Under the pieces are notes generated by a model that searched no databases, was not told the origin of the DNA, and was given only the letters and a program-made list of their open reading frames with translations. Source: an uncultured Cohaesibacter sp. (GTDB lineage Bacteria > Pseudomonadota > Alphaproteobacteria > Rhizobiales > Cohaesibacteraceae). From it: a stretch of DNA of 64,000 bases. Positions 20,521-30,615 of the stretch are shown one piece after another; the first letter of the stretch is position 1, and every line of letters begins with the position of its first letter. The position numbers were made by a program, and so were the translations under genes. The stretch is taken from contig OY761553.1 in the NCBI GenBank assembly GCA_963664735.1, positions 447,303-511,302 on the forward strand. The letters are read 5' to 3'.

Positions 20521-20566
20521 AAAATAATCGTTATTTCAACAGCGTGATATTGTTTTAATTGAAATG

Positions 20567-20604
20567 AAAAAGCCCCACTCAAAAGAGCGGGGCTTTTTGT
20601 TTTT
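20567..20604. terminator. rho-independent terminator (serves LysE; possibly also nrdJ from the other strand)
   Basis: AGCCCCACTC-AAAA-GAGCGGGGCT stem with one mismatch, flanked by an A-run and TTTTTGTTTTT. Confidence 0.75.
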
Positions 20605-20642
20605 CAAGAGATGGCAGCGGCTGGCGCTGTATCATGCATGGA

Positions 20643-23600
20643 TCAGGAGCAGCCACTCGTTGCGCCGCAGGTGTCGCATTTCAGGCAGGTGCCATTGCGA
20701 ACCATGGTGAAGTTGCCGCATTCAGGGCAGCTTTCCCCTTCGTAGCCTTTCATGCGGGCCAGAGCGATCTGGTCGGCTTTGCTTTCGGTTTTTCCCACTG
20801 CTGGAGCGGCGGCAGGCCGGACCTGACTTTCCGATTTCAGCATGGTGGCTGTGCCTGAAGGCATGGCCACTTTTGTGGTCGGGGTGGCCGCGTGATCATG
20901 GTCGTGATCATGCGCATGGTCATGATGGTAATGCGCATGCTCTTCCTGCAGGCGCGCATATTCTTTGCCATCGACCAGCTTGAAGCGTCCCGCTTTACCA
21001 CGCAGCAGACCTTTTGAGATCGGCACCGGAATTTTGCCTTCTGCGCTACCCTTGCCGGTGGAGGTCGTTGCGATGTCGTCTGGGTTGACATGTGCAAGGT
21101 CGTGACGATCCAGATAGGAAACAGCCAATTCGCGGAATACATAGTCCAGAATGGATGTTGCATTCTTGATGGCTTCGTTGCCCTGAACCATGCCCGCAGG
21201 CTCGAAGCGGGTGAAGGTGAAGGCGTCGACGAATTCGTCAAGTGGCACACCATATTGCAGGCCGAGGGAAATGGCGATGGCGAAGTTGTTCATCAAGCTG
21301 CGGAAAGCTGCGCCTTCCTTGTGCATGTCGATGAAGATCTCACCGATCTGACCATCGTCATATTCGCCGGTTCTGAGATAGACCTTATGGCCGCCGACGG
21401 TTGCTTTCTGGGTATAGCCCTTACGACGATCCGGAAGTTTGAGGCGTTCACGAACGCGATGTTCAACCACCCGCTCGACCACGCGTTCGACAACCTTTTC
21501 GGTGACCAGCGTAGCGCGCTCTGGAGCCGATGCTGCTGCGATTGCTTCCACGGCATCTTCAGCATCGTCTTCATCATCTTCAAGCAACTGACTGTTCAGA
21601 GGCTGAGACAATTTGGAGCCATCACGATAGAGAGCGTTTGCCTTGAGGGCCAACTTCCAGGACATCATGTAGGCGTCCTTGCAGTCTTCCACGGTTGCAT
21701 CATTCGGCATGTTGATCGTTTTGGAGATCGCACCGGTGATGAATGGCTGGGATGCAGCCATCATGCGGATGTGGCTTTCGACCGAAAGATAACGCTTGCC
21801 GATGCGGCCGCAAGGGTTGGCGCAATCGAAGACTGGCAGATGCTCGTCTTTCAGGTGCGGAGCGCCTTCAAGGGTCATGGCGCCACAAACATGGATGTTG
21901 GCAACGTCGATTTCGTCCTTGGTAAATCCAAGAGCGGCCAGCATGTCAAAATGCGGATCATTCAGCTGTTCGTCATCGAAACCAAGGGTTTCCTTGCAGA
22001 AATCTTCGCCAAGGCTCCATTTGTTGAAGGCAAACTTGATGTCGAAGGCGCTGGCAAGGCCTGCTTCGATTGCTTCCAGTTTCTCCTCTGTGAAGCCTTT
22101 GCCCTTCAGCGCATTGTGGCTGATGGCATTGCAGTTTTTCAATGTGCCATGGCCAACGGCATAGGTTTCAATGTCCTTGATCTGCTGTTCGTTGTAGCCG
22201 AGTTTTTTAAGGGCATTTGGAACTGTACGGTTGATGATCTTGAAATATCCGCCACCGGCAAGCTTTTTGAATTTGACCAGAGCAAAGTCTGGCTCAATGC
22301 CTGTGGTGTCGCAATCCATGACGAGGCCGATGGTGCCGGTGGGAGCAACAACGGTGGTCTGGGCGTTGCGATAGCCATATTCCTGACCGAGCTCAAGGGC
22401 TTTGTCCCAGGCTTCAACGGCATGGTTGATGAGGGTCTTGTCCTTGCAGCTTGCATGGTCAAGTGGGACAGGGTTGATGTCCAGTCCTTCATATCCATCA
22501 CTATGACCATATGCGGCACGGCGATGGTTGCGGATTACGCGCAGCATGTGGGATGCGTTTTCTTCGTAGCGCGCAAAAGCACCCAGTTCCTTGGCCATTT
22601 CAGCCGAAGTGGCATAGGAAACACCGGTCATGAGAGCAGAGATGGCGGCGCAAATGGAACGGCCTTCCTCGCTGTCATAAGGAATACCGGAAGTCATCAG
22701 CAGGCCGCCGATGTTGGCATAACCAAGACCGAGAGTACGGTAGAGGAACGAACGTTCTGCGATTTCCGGTGATGGGAACTGAGCCATCAGCACTGAAATT
22801 TCCAGAACCATGGTCCACAAGCGGACGGTATGCTCGAAATTCTCGACTGCGAAATTGCCATCGTCCTGCAGGAACTGCAGCAAATTGATGGAGGCAAGGT
22901 TACAGGCCGTATTGTCCAGGAACATATATTCCGAGCATGGGTTGGATGCGATGATCTCGCCATCGGCCAAGCAGGTGTGCCAGTCGTTGATGGTGGTGTG
23001 GAACTGGAGGCCCGGATCAGCGGAAGCCCATGCGGCATAGCCGATCTGTTCCCAAAGTTCCTTGGCCTTGACGGTCTTGCGGATATCGCCCTTGATGCGG
23101 CCGATGAGATTCCAGTCGCGGTCTTCCTTCACTGCGTTGAGGAAGTCATCGGTGATGCGCACCGAGTTGTTGGAATTCTGGCCTGCTACGGTCAGATAAG
23201 CGGCGCTGTCCCAGTCGGTATTGTAGGTTTCGAACTCGATGTCCTTGTAGCCCTGCTTGGCGAACTGGATGACACGACGGACATAATTTTCCGGAACCTG
23301 CATCTTCTTGGCAGCGCGGATTTCGCGCTTGAGGGCAGGATTCTTGGCCGGGTCGAAGCATTCGTCATTGGAGCCCTGACAATTGACGCAGGCCTTCATG
23401 ATGGCTTTGAGATGCTTGGAAACGATCTTGGAGCCGGTAACGATCGCGGCGACCTTTTCCTCTTCCTTGACCTTCCAGTTGATATAGGCCTCGATATCTG
23501 GGTGGTCGATATCGACAACGACCATCTTGGCTGCACGGCGGGTGGTGCCACCAGACTTGATCGCGCCCGCTGCACGGTCGCCGATCTTGAGGAAAGACAT

Positions 23601-24362
23601 CAGGCCTGAAGATTTGCCACCGCCGGAGAGCGGTTCGCCTTCAGAGCGAAGGGAAGAAAAGTTGGTGCCGGTGCCGGACCCATATTTGAACAGGCGGGCC
23701 TCGCGTACCCACAGATCCATGATGCCGCCCTCATTGACGAGGTCGTCGGAAATGGACTGGATGAAGCAGGCGTGCGGCTGGGGATGTTCATAGGCGGAAG
23801 CTGAGCGGGTCAGGCGGCCGGTTTCGAAATCAACATAATGGTGGCCCTGGCTCGGTCCATCAATGCCATAGGCCCAATGTAGACCGGTGTTGAACCATTG
23901 TGGGGAGTTCGGGGCTACGCGCTGGGTGCAGAGCATGTAGCGCAGTTCATCATAGAAAGCGCGCGCATCGGCGTCTGTGTCGAAATAGCCGCCTTTCCAG
24001 CCCCAATAGGTCCAAGTGCCTGCAAGGCGGTCAAAAACCTGCTGAGAGGACATCTCTGAGCCGAAACGTTCGTCTTCGGGCAACTGTGCCAGCGCTTCTT
24101 CGTCCGGGACGGAGCGCCAAAGCCAGGAAGGAACAGAATTTTCTTCAACGCGTTTCAGGACAGCAGGAACGCCCGCTTTGCGGAAATATTTCTGGGCAAG
24201 AATGTCTGCTGCAACCTGAGTCCAGGATGTCGGTACATCGATATTTTCCAGACGGAAAACGATAGACCCGTCCGGATTACGGATTTCGCTCGTGGCCTTA
24301 CGAAACTCGATCGCTTCGTATGCTGATTTGCCTTCTGTGGTATAGCGCCGCTCTACACGCAT
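20643..24362 (-). CDS. nrdJ: class II (adenosylcobalamin-dependent) ribonucleotide reductase
   Basis: About 1239 aa from ATG 24362 ([20 protein letters not shown]...). It has the NPCSE active-site region and the long alphaproteobacterial form with a C-terminal CPECG...CLKCDTCG zinc-ribbon. Confidence 0.92.
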   Translation of the reverse strand: MRVERRYTTEGKSAYEAIEFRKATSEIRNPDGSIVFRLENIDVPTSWTQVAADILAQKYFRKAGVPAVLKRVEENSVPSWLWRSVPDEEALAQLPEDERFGSEMSSQQVFDRLAGTWTYWGWKGGYFDTDADARAFYDELRYMLCTQRVAPNSPQWFNTGLHWAYGIDGPSQGHHYVDFETGRLTRSASAYEHPQPHACFIQSISDDLVNEGGIMDLWVREARLFKYGSGTGTNFSSLRSEGEPLSGGGKSSGLMSFLKIGDRAAGAIKSGGTTRRAAKMVVVDIDHPDIEAYINWKVKEEEKVAAIVTGSKIVSKHLKAIMKACVNCQGSNDECFDPAKNPALKREIRAAKKMQVPENYVRRVIQFAKQGYKDIEFETYNTDWDSAAYLTVAGQNSNNSVRITDDFLNAVKEDRDWNLIGRIKGDIRKTVKAKELWEQIGYAAWASADPGLQFHTTINDWHTCLADGEIIASNPCSEYMFLDNTACNLASINLLQFLQDDGNFAVENFEHTVRLWTMVLEISVLMAQFPSPEIAERSFLYRTLGLGYANIGGLLMTSGIPYDSEEGRSICAAISALMTGVSYATSAEMAKELGAFARYEENASHMLRVIRNHRRAAYGHSDGYEGLDINPVPLDHASCKDKTLINHAVEAWDKALELGQEYGYRNAQTTVVAPTGTIGLVMDCDTTGIEPDFALVKFKKLAGGGYFKIINRTVPNALKKLGYNEQQIKDIETYAVGHGTLKNCNAISHNALKGKGFTEEKLEAIEAGLASAFDIKFAFNKWSLGEDFCKETLGFDDEQLNDPHFDMLAALGFTKDEIDVANIHVCGAMTLEGAPHLKDEHLPVFDCANPCGRIGKRYLSVESHIRMMAASQPFITGAISKTINMPNDATVEDCKDAYMMSWKLALKANALYRDGSKLSQPLNSQLLEDDEDDAEDAVEAIAAASAPERATLVTEKVVERVVERVVEHRVRERLKLPDRRKGYTQKATVGGHKVYLRTGEYDDGQIGEIFIDMHKEGAAFRSLMNNFAIAISLGLQYGVPLDEFVDAFTFTRFEPAGMVQGNEAIKNATSILDYVFRELAVSYLDRHDLAHVNPDDIATTSTGKGSAEGKIPVPISKGLLRGKAGRFKLVDGKEYARLQEEHAHYHHDHAHDHDHDHAATPTTKVAMPSGTATMLKSESQVRPAAAPAVGKTESKADQIALARMKGYEGESCPECGNFTMVRNGTCLKCDTCGATSGCS

Positions 24363-24551
24363 TTTAAATCCCCTAGAAAAAGGTCTTGCTGACAACTGCT
24401 TTGGCCAGCAACCGGAGTGGTGCATTCAATCGGATTTCCCGGCCTCGGAAAGACGCGATCTCCTGCGAGAGTTTTGAGTCTGCGCCACAAGCGAATCGTG
24501 GCACAATGAAGTCATTAGGCAGACACCAGTAGATCGATTATAGGTTAACAA

Positions 24552-24600
24552 AATCTATATATGGTGTCTATCTCGACAAACTGCCTCCCATATATTGTGT
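24552..24600 (-). promoter_or_regulatory. two tandem NrdR-box-like palindromes upstream of nrdJ
   Basis: AATCTATATATGGTGT (24552-24567) and CTCCCATATATTGTGT (24585-24600), offset by 33 bp. Both resemble the NrdR consensus acaCwAtATaTwGtgt and lie 190-240 nt upstream of the nrdJ start. Confidence 0.6.
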
Positions 24601-24837
24601 TCTTCCTGTTTCCTGTCTGAATTCCAGCGCGCAAAAATCTGCGACCTGAAATTTTGCAAATACACAGAGTCACCCACTGCGCCGCTCAATTTCGGTCGTG
24701 TTGCTTTACTTTTCTACTGGAACAGAAGGTCAGGAGCATAATTCCGGAGAGACCGCTGTCTTGACGAGCCAGAGTATGAATTCTTGGGACGCTGAACGCA
24801 AGATGTGACTAAGGCTGGTGTGTCTCATTTTCATGTC

Positions 24838-24853
24838 AATCTATATATAGTGT
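24838..24853. promoter_or_regulatory. third, solitary NrdR-box-like palindrome
   Basis: AATCTATATATAGTGT matches the box at 24552 in 15 of 16 positions. No partner box is visible about 32 bp away on either side. Confidence 0.4.
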
Positions 24854-25059
24854 TTTTTGTGTCCGCATCAGGAATGGGAAAAATCTGCGGCTCAGGTGGT
24901 GGAGCAACGGGGGAAATTAACTTTTTCGGGCCGTTTAACAAAACTGTTAAAATTGAAGTCAAATTGAAAAGGTGATTTTGAACGCAATTTAATAGCTCTG
25001 TGTCATTCTCCATCCTTGACTGAAAAAACCGACTAAAAAACAGCAGGTTGAATGGATCT

Positions 25060-25779
25060 ATGGAGCACCATGCCGCATACGGGCTGAGTGTCGAATCGCT
25101 TGATATAGTGATTGTTGATGACTCAAAGTCTGTTCTAACGATGATTCGATCCATGATTTCATCGCTAAAGGTTGCCAGGGTCCGGTCTTATGATCGTGGT
25201 GACGTCGCTCTGCATGCAATTATGCATGAGCCGCCCAATGTGATCATCACCGATCTAAATATGGCCCCTATGTCCGGTTTGCAGCTGATCAGCCTGATCC
25301 GCCGTAATACCATGGAGCCGCTCTGCTTCATTCCCGTGATCGTGATTACGGCGCATGCGACTGAGCAAAGTGTTGCCAAACTGTTCGAGACCGGAGCCCA
25401 CCATGTGCTTGCCAAGCCGATGTCTTCGACAGCGCTGCAGCAGCGGTTGCTTTCACTGAGTTCGGACAAGCGGCTCATGCGGCTTGATGGCGATCGCTAT
25501 GTCATCGACGGCATGCACGAGGTGTTGGAAGAAAAAAGGTCGAAACTGCGCTCTTTGGCCAAAGCCCGAATGTTCCATGAACAGACACTTCCTCAAGCCA
25601 AAAAAACCCAACGAGCCGTGGATCGCATATTGCGTGACCCTGATGAGCCTGACCTGGAAAATCAAGAGGTGAGGGCTACTACTGTCGGAACTCGTTGGAA
25701 AAAACCGTCTTCGGGCAGTCCCGCCTATACGTCCTCAAGGCCTCAGCGTTTCGCCAGCGTGGGGAGTAGACGGCGGTAG
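25060..25779 (+). CDS. response regulator: receiver domain plus an uncharacterised C-terminal extension of about 115 aa
   Basis: The REC signature residues are intact (VDD, ITDLNMAPMSG, VITAH, LAKP). No DNA-binding or enzymatic output motif is recognised. The start could also be TTG 25048. Confidence 0.75.
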   Translation: MEHHAAYGLSVESLDIVIVDDSKSVLTMIRSMISSLKVARVRSYDRGDVALHAIMHEPPNVIITDLNMAPMSGLQLISLIRRNTMEPLCFIPVIVITAHATEQSVAKLFETGAHHVLAKPMSSTALQQRLLSLSSDKRLMRLDGDRYVIDGMHEVLEEKRSKLRSLAKARMFHEQTLPQAKKTQRAVDRILRDPDEPDLENQEVRATTVGTRWKKPSSGSPAYTSSRPQRFASVGSRRR

Positions 25780-25906
25780 GGTTCCTCTTGCAAACTTGCA
25801 AGAGAGCGCTTGATCCATTTGTCTGAATTTGACACGGAAGTCTGGACATCCGCGAAATTATGTAGTCATAGTGTCTCGCGTTTGAACAGCTTACCGATGG
25901 GCCGTC

Positions 25907-26320
25907 ATGAAAAAAATTATGCTCTTTCTTTTCGCCTGGTGGGGAAATACGACTTTTGGAACTTGGCTTCACACCAAGCGCCATGGAGAGTTTGTGGGGC
26001 AGGATGAATTTGGCAACAAATATTATCGACAGGATGTTTCCAAACAGCTGAGCTATTCAGGCAGCCGCAAGGGTGAGCGCCGCTGGGTTGTTTATGCCAA
26101 TCCTTCGGATGCAAGTGCTATTCCTCCTGGCTGGCATGGCTGGATGCACTATCGTACAGACGAGATTCCAAGCGAGAATGATACGAAGCATTGGTCATGG
26201 GAGAGGGCTCATCAACCCAACATGACCGGCACATCTCAGGCTTACCACCCCGCAGGCTCACTGCTTTCAAAGCAAGCTACGGCGAAGGGTGGAGATGATT
26301 ATGAGGCTTGGACACCCTGA
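25907..26320 (+). CDS. NADH:ubiquinone oxidoreductase subunit NDUFA12-like protein
   Basis: ...FAWWGNTTFGTWLHTKRHGEFVGQDEFGNKYY...RRWVVY...IPPGWHGWMHYRTD... are hallmark NDUFA12/B17.2 motifs. Confidence 0.85.
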   Translation: MKKIMLFLFAWWGNTTFGTWLHTKRHGEFVGQDEFGNKYYRQDVSKQLSYSGSRKGERRWVVYANPSDASAIPPGWHGWMHYRTDEIPSENDTKHWSWERAHQPNMTGTSQAYHPAGSLLSKQATAKGGDDYEAWTP

Positions 26321-26716
26321 GCCAAGCCATTAATTCTGCATTTCACGTTTTGGACGAAGATTTGATGCGTCTGGCCTCTCGCTTGGTGTCATGATGCTTT
26401 GAGTCGCAGTAAAGTCTGCTGTCTCAAAGCCCATATATCCAATTCTGGACAGGGGATTTGTCAAATCAGTCTTGCCTTTTGCCCTAAAAGAGGGCTAGGA
26501 ACGTGGGGCTTTTGTTTATCAATTTCGTGGATTTTCTGAGACAGAACGACAGGCAGAGGGTGTTTGTCTTAAAGTTACCAATTTCCCGAATTATTCCGAT
26601 TGGTAGATGAGTAATTTATAGATGTGGCAAATGCGCTTGTCGCTTTTAGATGTTTTTGCGTTGGATCGCCGGAGCCAGAGACGATGTTTTTTAAGAACCA
26701 CAAAGGGAGCTGGATA

Positions 26717-27112
26717 ATGAGAAGATTGATAATGGCTTCCCTGCTCTCATTGGGGTGTCTCTTTTCCCTTCCAACGCTCGCTCAGCCGGTTTCCAATCCT
26801 GTAGCCACCTTTGCTGGTCTGGACAAGATTACGGCGCGCATGATCAAGTTTGACGTTTACATCAATGAAACCGTGCAGTTTGGCTCCCTTCAGGTGACGC
26901 CGCGTGTTTGCTATACAAGGCCTGAAACCGAGCGACAGGAAGAAACCGCTTTTGTTGAAGTGGATGAGATTACTCTGGAGCGCAAGGTGCGGCGAATCTT
27001 TACTGGCTGGATGTTCGCTTCCAGCCCCGGCATGAATGCCGTCGAGCATCCCGTCTATGATGTTTGGCTTGTCGGCTGCAAACAAAATACCGAAGTTCCT
27101 CAGCCTAACTGA
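26717..27112 (+). CDS. DUF2155 domain-containing exported protein
   Basis: Signal peptide MRRLIMASLLSLGCLFSLPTLA, and motifs LDKITAR...F.V...V.FG.L.V.PR.C...PE typical of DUF2155. The gene usually follows the NDUFA12-like gene in alphaproteobacteria. AAGGGAG SD lies 8 nt upstream of ATG 26717. Confidence 0.8.
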   Translation: MRRLIMASLLSLGCLFSLPTLAQPVSNPVATFAGLDKITARMIKFDVYINETVQFGSLQVTPRVCYTRPETERQEETAFVEVDEITLERKVRRIFTGWMFASSPGMNAVEHPVYDVWLVGCKQNTEVPQPN

Positions 27113-27174
27113 TCTTGCTACTCACATCCATCCATGTGTAGGGCAATGCTTAGGGCGATTGGCAAGTTCCAGCT

Positions 27175-27822
27175 TTATGCTGGCTTCGGCTCCGCTTCGC
27201 TCTCGTCCATCGCATAGTAATCTGCTCGTGTTTGCATCGCTTGCTCTAGCAGAATCTGATATTCCTGCTTTGGTATTTCAATGGCACCGAACTGCTTCAA
27301 ATGGTCGGTGATGAACTGAGTATCAAGCAGCGTATAGCCGCCTTTGTTCAAACGTTCCACGAGATGAATGAGCGCCATTTTCGAGGTGTCGCGCTCGCGA
27401 GAGAACATGCTTTCACCGAAGAAGGCGGTTCCAAGGCTTACCCCATAGAGGCCACCAACAAGGCGTTCGCCATCCCATACCTCAACAGAATGGCAATGGC
27501 CCATTTGGAACAGCTCCCTGTAAAGATGGTGAATCTGTGCATTGATCCATGTTGAGGGTCTGTCGGGTGCTTCTTCTGCACATGCGTCCATGACGCCACC
27601 AAAATCGGTATCAACGCGAATTTGGTACGGTGTGGTGCGCATGGTGCGGCGCATGCGCTTTGAAATATGGAAGGCATCCAGCGGTATGATGCCGCGCATC
27701 TCTGGCTCGATCCAGAACATGGAGGGATCATTTGCATCTTCCGCCATGGGAAAAATGCCGCATGCATAGGCTCTAAGCAGGATTTGAGGGGTGATGTCCA
27801 AATGGTCTGAATCGTCGGTCAT
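27175..27822 (-). CDS. aat: leucyl/phenylalanyl-tRNA--protein transferase
   Basis: [12 protein letters not shown]..., ...[19 protein letters not shown]..., ...[16 protein letters not shown]... motifs. I chose ATG 27822 (MTDDSD...) over the longer ORF. Confidence 0.88.
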   Translation of the reverse strand: MTDDSDHLDITPQILLRAYACGIFPMAEDANDPSMFWIEPEMRGIIPLDAFHISKRMRRTMRTTPYQIRVDTDFGGVMDACAEEAPDRPSTWINAQIHHLYRELFQMGHCHSVEVWDGERLVGGLYGVSLGTAFFGESMFSRERDTSKMALIHLVERLNKGGYTLLDTQFITDHLKQFGAIEIPKQEYQILLEQAMQTRADYYAMDESEAEPKPA

Positions 27823-27937
27823 GAGCGGGAATGTACCACAACTCTCTGAATGAACAGTGTAACTGTTGCTCTTTAAAAGCAAAGGACCGCGCATTTATGC
27901 GCGGTCCATAACTAGCATATCTGGTCAATGCCACTGG

Positions 27938-29278
27938 CTATTTCATGCCAAGGTATTTTTCCAGCCAATGGATGTCATAGGCACCATTGGCGATGTCGGC
28001 ATTGTCCACCAGCTGACGGAACAGCGGCAAAGTGGTTTGGATGCCATCAACCACGAACTCGTCAAGAGCACGCCGCAGACGCATCATGCATTCTACACGG
28101 TTCCGACCGGTTACGATGAGCTTGCCGATAAGGCTGTCATAGTAGGGCGGAATGGAATAGCCCTGATAAACGCCGGAGTCGACGCGAACCCCGAGACCTC
28201 CCGGTGGGTGGTAATAGGTGATCTTGCCCGGTGAAGGAATAAAGGTTTCCGGGTTTTCCGCATTGATGCGGCATTCGATGGCATGGCCCTGAAACTTCAC
28301 ATCTTCCTGACGGATATCTAGCCCGGCACCACAGGCAACTTTCAGCTGCTCGTTGACAAGGTCGATGCGGGTGATGGATTCGGTCACCGGATGTTCAACC
28401 TGCAGGCGGGTGTTCATTTCGATGAAGAAGAACTCGCCATTTTCATACAGGAACTCGATCGTGCCAGCACCGGAATAACCAAGGCCTTGCATTGCCTTGG
28501 CACAAATGTCGCCGATCCGCTTCTGCTGTTCTTCATTGAGGGCAGGAGACTGGGCTTCTTCCCAAACCTTCTGGTGGCGGCGCTGCAAAGAACAGTCGCG
28601 TTCACCTAGATGGATGGCATGGCCTTTGCCATCGCCCATGACCTGAACTTCGATGTGACGGGGCTTTTCGAGATATTTCTCGACATAGACCGTAGAGTCG
28701 CCGAAATTGGCTGCGGCTTCAGATCGTGCTGTGGTGAAGGCAAGTTCCATCTTGTCTTCAGAATGAACCACCTGCATGCCCTTGCCACCGCCGCCGGATG
28801 CGGCCTTGATCAGCACGGGGTAACCCATTTCGGCAGCGACCCTTTTGGCCTCTTCCGGGCTGTCGACCCCGCCTTCAGAACCAGGAACCACGGGAATGCC
28901 GAGGCGTTTTGCGGTCTGCTTGGCTGCAATCTTGTCGCCCATGATGCGGATATGTTCTGCGCTTGGGCCGATAAAGCTGATCTTGTGCTCTTCAAGGATT
29001 TGCGCAAAACGGGCATTCTCGGACAGAAAACCATAACCGGGATGAACCGCATCGGCGCCGGTGATTTCACAGGCAGCCAGAATTTGCGGGATATTGAGAT
29101 AGCTGTCACGAGCAGACGGCGGGCCGATGCAGACACTTTCATCTGCCAGCTTGACATGCATTGCTTCGGCATCTGCCGTGGAATGGATTGCCACGGTCTG
29201 GATGCCAAGTTCTTTACAGGCTCGCAACACACGAAGGGCAATCTCACCCCGGTTTGCGATTAGTACCTTTGAAAACAT
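27938..29278 (-). CDS. accC: acetyl-CoA carboxylase, biotin carboxylase subunit
   Basis: MFSKVLIANRGEIALRVLRACKELGI N-terminus and an ATP-grasp domain; 446 aa, downstream of accB. Confidence 0.95.
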   Translation of the reverse strand: MFSKVLIANRGEIALRVLRACKELGIQTVAIHSTADAEAMHVKLADESVCIGPPSARDSYLNIPQILAACEITGADAVHPGYGFLSENARFAQILEEHKISFIGPSAEHIRIMGDKIAAKQTAKRLGIPVVPGSEGGVDSPEEAKRVAAEMGYPVLIKAASGGGGKGMQVVHSEDKMELAFTTARSEAAANFGDSTVYVEKYLEKPRHIEVQVMGDGKGHAIHLGERDCSLQRRHQKVWEEAQSPALNEEQQKRIGDICAKAMQGLGYSGAGTIEFLYENGEFFFIEMNTRLQVEHPVTESITRIDLVNEQLKVACGAGLDIRQEDVKFQGHAIECRINAENPETFIPSPGKITYYHPPGGLGVRVDSGVYQGYSIPPYYDSLIGKLIVTGRNRVECMMRLRRALDEFVVDGIQTTLPLFRQLVDNADIANGAYDIHWLEKYLGMK

Positions 29279-29299
29279 TGAGTACCTCTATATTCCCGA

Positions 29300-29776
29300 T
29301 TATTCGATGATCACCAGCGGTTCGTCAAATTCGACTGGCTGGGCGTCTTCCACAAGAATAGCAGTGATCTTACCGGCTTTTGTGGCAGGAATCTGGTTCA
29401 TGGTTTTCATGGCTTCGACGATCATCAGGGTGTCACCCAGATTGACATGATCGCCAACTGATACGAACGCTGCCGAACCCGGCTCTGGTGAGAGATAGGC
29501 CGTGCCAACCATTGGTGAACGCACAGCATTGGCCAGATTTGCGTCGGCTTCTTTACCAGCAACAGCTGTTGCTGCTGCAGGCGCACCGGCGGCTGGAGCG
29601 GCGGCTATTGGCGCAGGCTGAGCTGCTGCAACGGTCTGTTGCACGACAATTTCTCTAGCAACACGAATCCGCAAGTCTTCTTGCTCGATTTCGATTTCAG
29701 TCAGGTCCTGAGACTTAACCAATTCCGCCAGCTGACGGATGAAATCGGGATCAAGTTTGCTTTTCTCTTTAGTCAT
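29300..29776 (-). CDS. accB: acetyl-CoA carboxylase biotin carboxyl carrier protein
   Basis: Ala/Pro-rich linker and the biotinylation motif [10 protein letters not shown]; 158 aa. Confidence 0.93.
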   Translation of the reverse strand: MTKEKSKLDPDFIRQLAELVKSQDLTEIEIEQEDLRIRVAREIVVQQTVAAAQPAPIAAAPAAGAPAAATAVAGKEADANLANAVRSPMVGTAYLSPEPGSAAFVSVGDHVNLGDTLMIVEAMKTMNQIPATKAGKITAILVEDAQPVEFDEPLVIIE

Positions 29777-29839
29777 ATGTTCGCATTCCGTTGGGTTGTC
29801 GCCAGATGATCGAGAAATGAGACCTGGCAGTGGCAGGCA

Positions 29840-30289
29840 TCAAGCCTGCTTTTTCTCTACATGGTCCACGAGCGCTTCGATTGCCAGTTCATATCCCTTT
29901 GCGTTCAGTCCGCAAATGACACCAAGAGCGGCCGGTGAAACAAAGGATTGATGGCGAAAAGATTCGCGTGCGTGAATGTTGGAAAGATGGACTTCGATGA
30001 CAGGTAGGCTTACTGAGCGTATGGCATCCTGAAGCGCTACTGACGTATGAGTATAGGCGGCAGGGTTGAACACGATGCCTTGCGATTTTTCGCGTGCCTC
30101 ATGAATCCAATCAATGAGCACACCTTCATGATTGCTCTGGCGAAAATCAATGGTCCAGCCCATGGATGCCGCTCTTGCTTCACAGAGCTTCTTGATATCA
30201 TCCAAGGTCGTGGCACCATAAATGCCGGGTTCTCTCAAGCCAAGCATATTCAGATTTGGGCCGTTGAGAATAAAGAGAGTTTTAGTCAT
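29840..30289 (-). CDS. aroQ: type II 3-dehydroquinate dehydratase
   Basis: [25 protein letters not shown] start and the [13 protein letters not shown] motif. I chose ATG 30289 over the longer ORF. Confidence 0.92.
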   Translation of the reverse strand: MTKTLFILNGPNLNMLGLREPGIYGATTLDDIKKLCEARAASMGWTIDFRQSNHEGVLIDWIHEAREKSQGIVFNPAAYTHTSVALQDAIRSVSLPVIEVHLSNIHARESFRHQSFVSPAALGVICGLNAKGYELAIEALVDHVEKKQA

Positions 30290-30532
30290 TTCTCTGTCCG
30301 CGCTAGAGCATTGTAAAGCGATTTGCCATTTGCCTCCACAAATTGAAAAATCTGACAAGACAAGATGAACAGCCTGAAGAGCAGGCATTTACTTGAGATT
30401 TCTTATAGGCTGTCCCTAGCTCAGTGAAAAGATATGAAAAGGAAGGTAATGCAATTCATTCCTACTTATCGTCATGATTTTTCGCAAAAATGACAATTCT
30501 ATGACAAGCGGCTGTGGCAACAGATCTTGTCG

Positions 30533-30570
30533 TGGAAAATAAGGGGGCGCAGATTGTCTGCGACCCCTTG
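30533..30570 (-). terminator. rho-independent terminator downstream of the DsbA-family gene
   Basis: On the minus strand, AAGGGGTCGCAGA-CAA-TCTGCGCCCCCTT with one mismatch, followed by ATTTTCC. Confidence 0.65.
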
Positions 30571-30615
30571 ATCAATTGGCCCTGGCCAAAATGTGCTCGG
30601 TTGATCCTCAGTCGA

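Noticed and set aside
21090-23609. 560-aa and 259-aa ORFs antisense to nrdJ. Similar 270-344-aa antisense ORFs lie opposite rne, mrcA, sufB, rnd and the first EAL gene.
   Set aside because: The explanation is the same codon-register shadow effect. For the 560-aa ORF I checked that its codons are in register with the nrdJ codons, and the genuine sense products all have unmistakable family motifs.
24363-24830. A possible cobalamin riboswitch in the long nrdJ leader; a GAGACCGCTG-like string near 24750 resembles part of a B12 box.
   Set aside because: The string is on the wrong strand for nrdJ and lies upstream of the NrdR boxes. The rest of the B12-element core is not recognisable. A B12-dependent RNR would also not be expected to be repressed by B12.
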